From Squalus acanthias (taxonomy: Eukaryota): DNA of 64,000 nucleotides. The translations under genes and the position numbers were made by a program. Below the pieces are notes generated by a model. That model ran no database searches. It saw nothing but the letters and a program-made list of their open reading frames with translations, and was not told where the DNA came from. The stretch spans positions 151,654,001 through 151,718,000 of the forward strand of contig CM059432.1 of NCBI GenBank assembly GCA_030390025.1, read 5' to 3'. Positions 62,239-64,000 of the stretch are shown in pieces; within the stretch, counting starts at the first letter, position 1, and each line of letters opens with the position of its first letter.

Positions 62239-64000
62239 AAAAGCAAAATACTGCGGATGCTGGAAATCTGAAATAGGAACAGAAAATGCTGGAAATACTC
62301 AGCAGGTCAGGCAGCATCTGCAGAGAGAGAAACAGAGTTAATGTTTCAGGTCGATGAAGCTTCGTCAGAACTGGTAAAAGTTAGAGATGTAACAGATTTT
62401 TAAGCAAGTATAGGGACAGGGAAAGGGAGGAGGGGAGGAAAGAACAAAAGGGATGGTCTGTGATAGGCTGGAAGGCAGGAGAGATTAAAAGACAATAGGG
62501 ATGATGGTGCAAGGCAAAAGGAGATGGTAATGGGACAAGTTAAGAAACAAAAGATGACTCTAGATGAGGTGTAAATGGCAATGGCAGAATCATCAACAGC
62601 TGCATGTGAGAGGAAAAAAAAGAAGTAAAATAATGAAAGAAAAATAGGGGCCGAGGTTATAGTCTGAAATTGTTGAACACCACCACCTCCAAGTTCCCCT
62701 CCCAAGTCACACACCATCCTGACTTGGAAATATATCGCCGATCCTTCATCGTCGCTGGGTCAAAATCCTGGAACTCCGTACCTAACAGCACTGTGGGAGT
62801 ACCTTCACCACATGGACTGCAGCAGTTCAAGAAGGTGGTACACCACCACCTTCTCAAGGGCAAATAGGGATGGGCAATAAATGTTGGCTTTGCCAGCGAC
62901 GCCCACATCCCATGAACGAATAAAAAAATGTTTTTAATGTTGAGTCCAGAAGGCTGTAAAGTGCCTTATCGAAAGATGAGGTGCTATTCCTTGAGCCTAC
63001 GTTGAGCTTTGTTGTAACAGTGTAAGAGGCCAAGGACAGAGAGATCAGAGTGGGAGTGGAGTGGAGAATTAAAATGACAGGTGACCGGAAGATCGGGGTC
63101 ACGCTTACGGACTGAACGGTGGTGTTCCGCAAAGCGGTCACCCAATCTGCGTTTGGTCTCCCCAGTGTAGAGGAGATCGCATCGTGAGTAGCGAATACAG
63201 TATACTAAATTGAAAGTAGTACAAGTAAATTGCTGTTTCACCTAGAAGGAGTGTTTGGGGCCCTGGACAGTGGGGAAGGGAGGAGGTAAAAGGGCAGGTG
63301 TAGCATCTCCTGCGCTTGCACGGGAAGGTGCCAGGGGAAGGGGTGTTGGGGGTGATAGAGGAGTGGACCAGGGTGTCACGGAGGGAGCGGTCCCTTCGGA
63401 ATGCTGAAAGGGGAGGTGAGAGGAAGATGTGTTTGGTGGTGGGATCACGCTGGAGGTGGTGGAAATGGCGGAGGATGATCCGCTGAATGTGGAGGCTGGT
63501 GGGGTGAAAGGTGAGGACAAGGGGAACCCGATCGTGGTTCTGGGAGGGAGGGGAAAGGGTAAGAGCAGAAGTGCGTGAAATAGAACGGACGTGGTCGAGG
63601 GCCGTGTCAACCAAGGCAGAGGGAAATCCTCAGGAGGAAAAAGTAAGACATGCCGAAAACACTAGTATGGAAGGTGGCATCGTCAGAGCAGATGCGGCGG
63701 AGACGGAGAAACTGGGAGAATGGAATAGAGTCCTTACAGGAAGCTGGGGGAGTCACTGGGCTTATAGTGAATGTTTGTCAATAGCCTATCCTCAGAAATG
63801 GAGACAGAGAAGTCGAGGAAGGGAAGGGAAGAGTCGGAGATGGACCATGTGAAGGTGAGGGAAGGGTGGAAATTGGAAGCAAAGTGAATGAAATTTTCTA
63901 GTTCAGGGCGAGAGCAAGAAATGGCACCGATACAGTCATCAATGTACCGGAGAAAGAGGTGAGGGAGGGGACCTGAGTAGGACTGGAACAAAGAATGTTC
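62239..64000 (-). mobile_element. Penelope-like element family B (RT and GIY-YIG, decayed), running off the window end
   Basis: FLRYIDDCIG, PCKRRRCYTC, LVYCIRY..LLYTGETKRRL; 3' end with tail at 62239; decayed hammerhead at 62336-62372. Confidence 0.92.
62676..62928 (+). mobile_element. CR1-clade 3' fragment inserted in the Penelope element
   Basis: Near-identical to about 18898-19150. Confidence 0.9.

Noticed and set aside
54462..64000. CLASP2-beta-type first exon (MRRLICKRIC-like)
   Set aside because: No convincing match found by eye; it may lie beyond the window or be absent
1..64000. Prokaryotic systems (CRISPR array, retron, DGR) suggested by the many RT ORFs
   Set aside because: All RTs belong to eukaryotic CR1, RTE or Penelope elements within spliceosomal introns; there is no repeat-spacer array

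Overview
Eukaryotic genomic DNA, almost certainly a cartilaginous fish, judged from HE1/V-SINE-type and DeuSINE-type SINEs, abundant CR1 LINEs and Neptune-type Penelope elements. The window lies inside the CLASP2 gene (+ strand). It holds two internal coding exons from the end of TOG1 (2434-2531 and 13767-13837) and then an intron of over 50 kb. Within that intron, in a transposon-free island, is a short alternative first coding exon (ATG GCC ATG GAT GAT G|gtgagt, 54446-54461) matching the MAMGD-D N-terminus of the mammalian short isoform CLASP2-gamma. More than half of the window is transposon-derived, including multi-layer CR1 nests, an RTE, a Tigger/pogo relic and MITEs. The most striking structure is a recurrent class of inverted (hairpin) Penelope insertions. 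Three are well preserved (21.6, 22.4-26.8 and 37.7-39.1 kb) and two are decayed. The preserved ones have 12-13 bp target duplications, a 29-38 nt tail on one arm only, and a minimal hammerhead ribozyme in each arm. The largest has an 11-nt wobble-paired fold-back junction and a frameshift shared by both arms. Transposon boundaries were read by eye and are approximate unless a target-site duplication (TSD) is quoted. Family names come from recalled consensus motifs, not from database searches.
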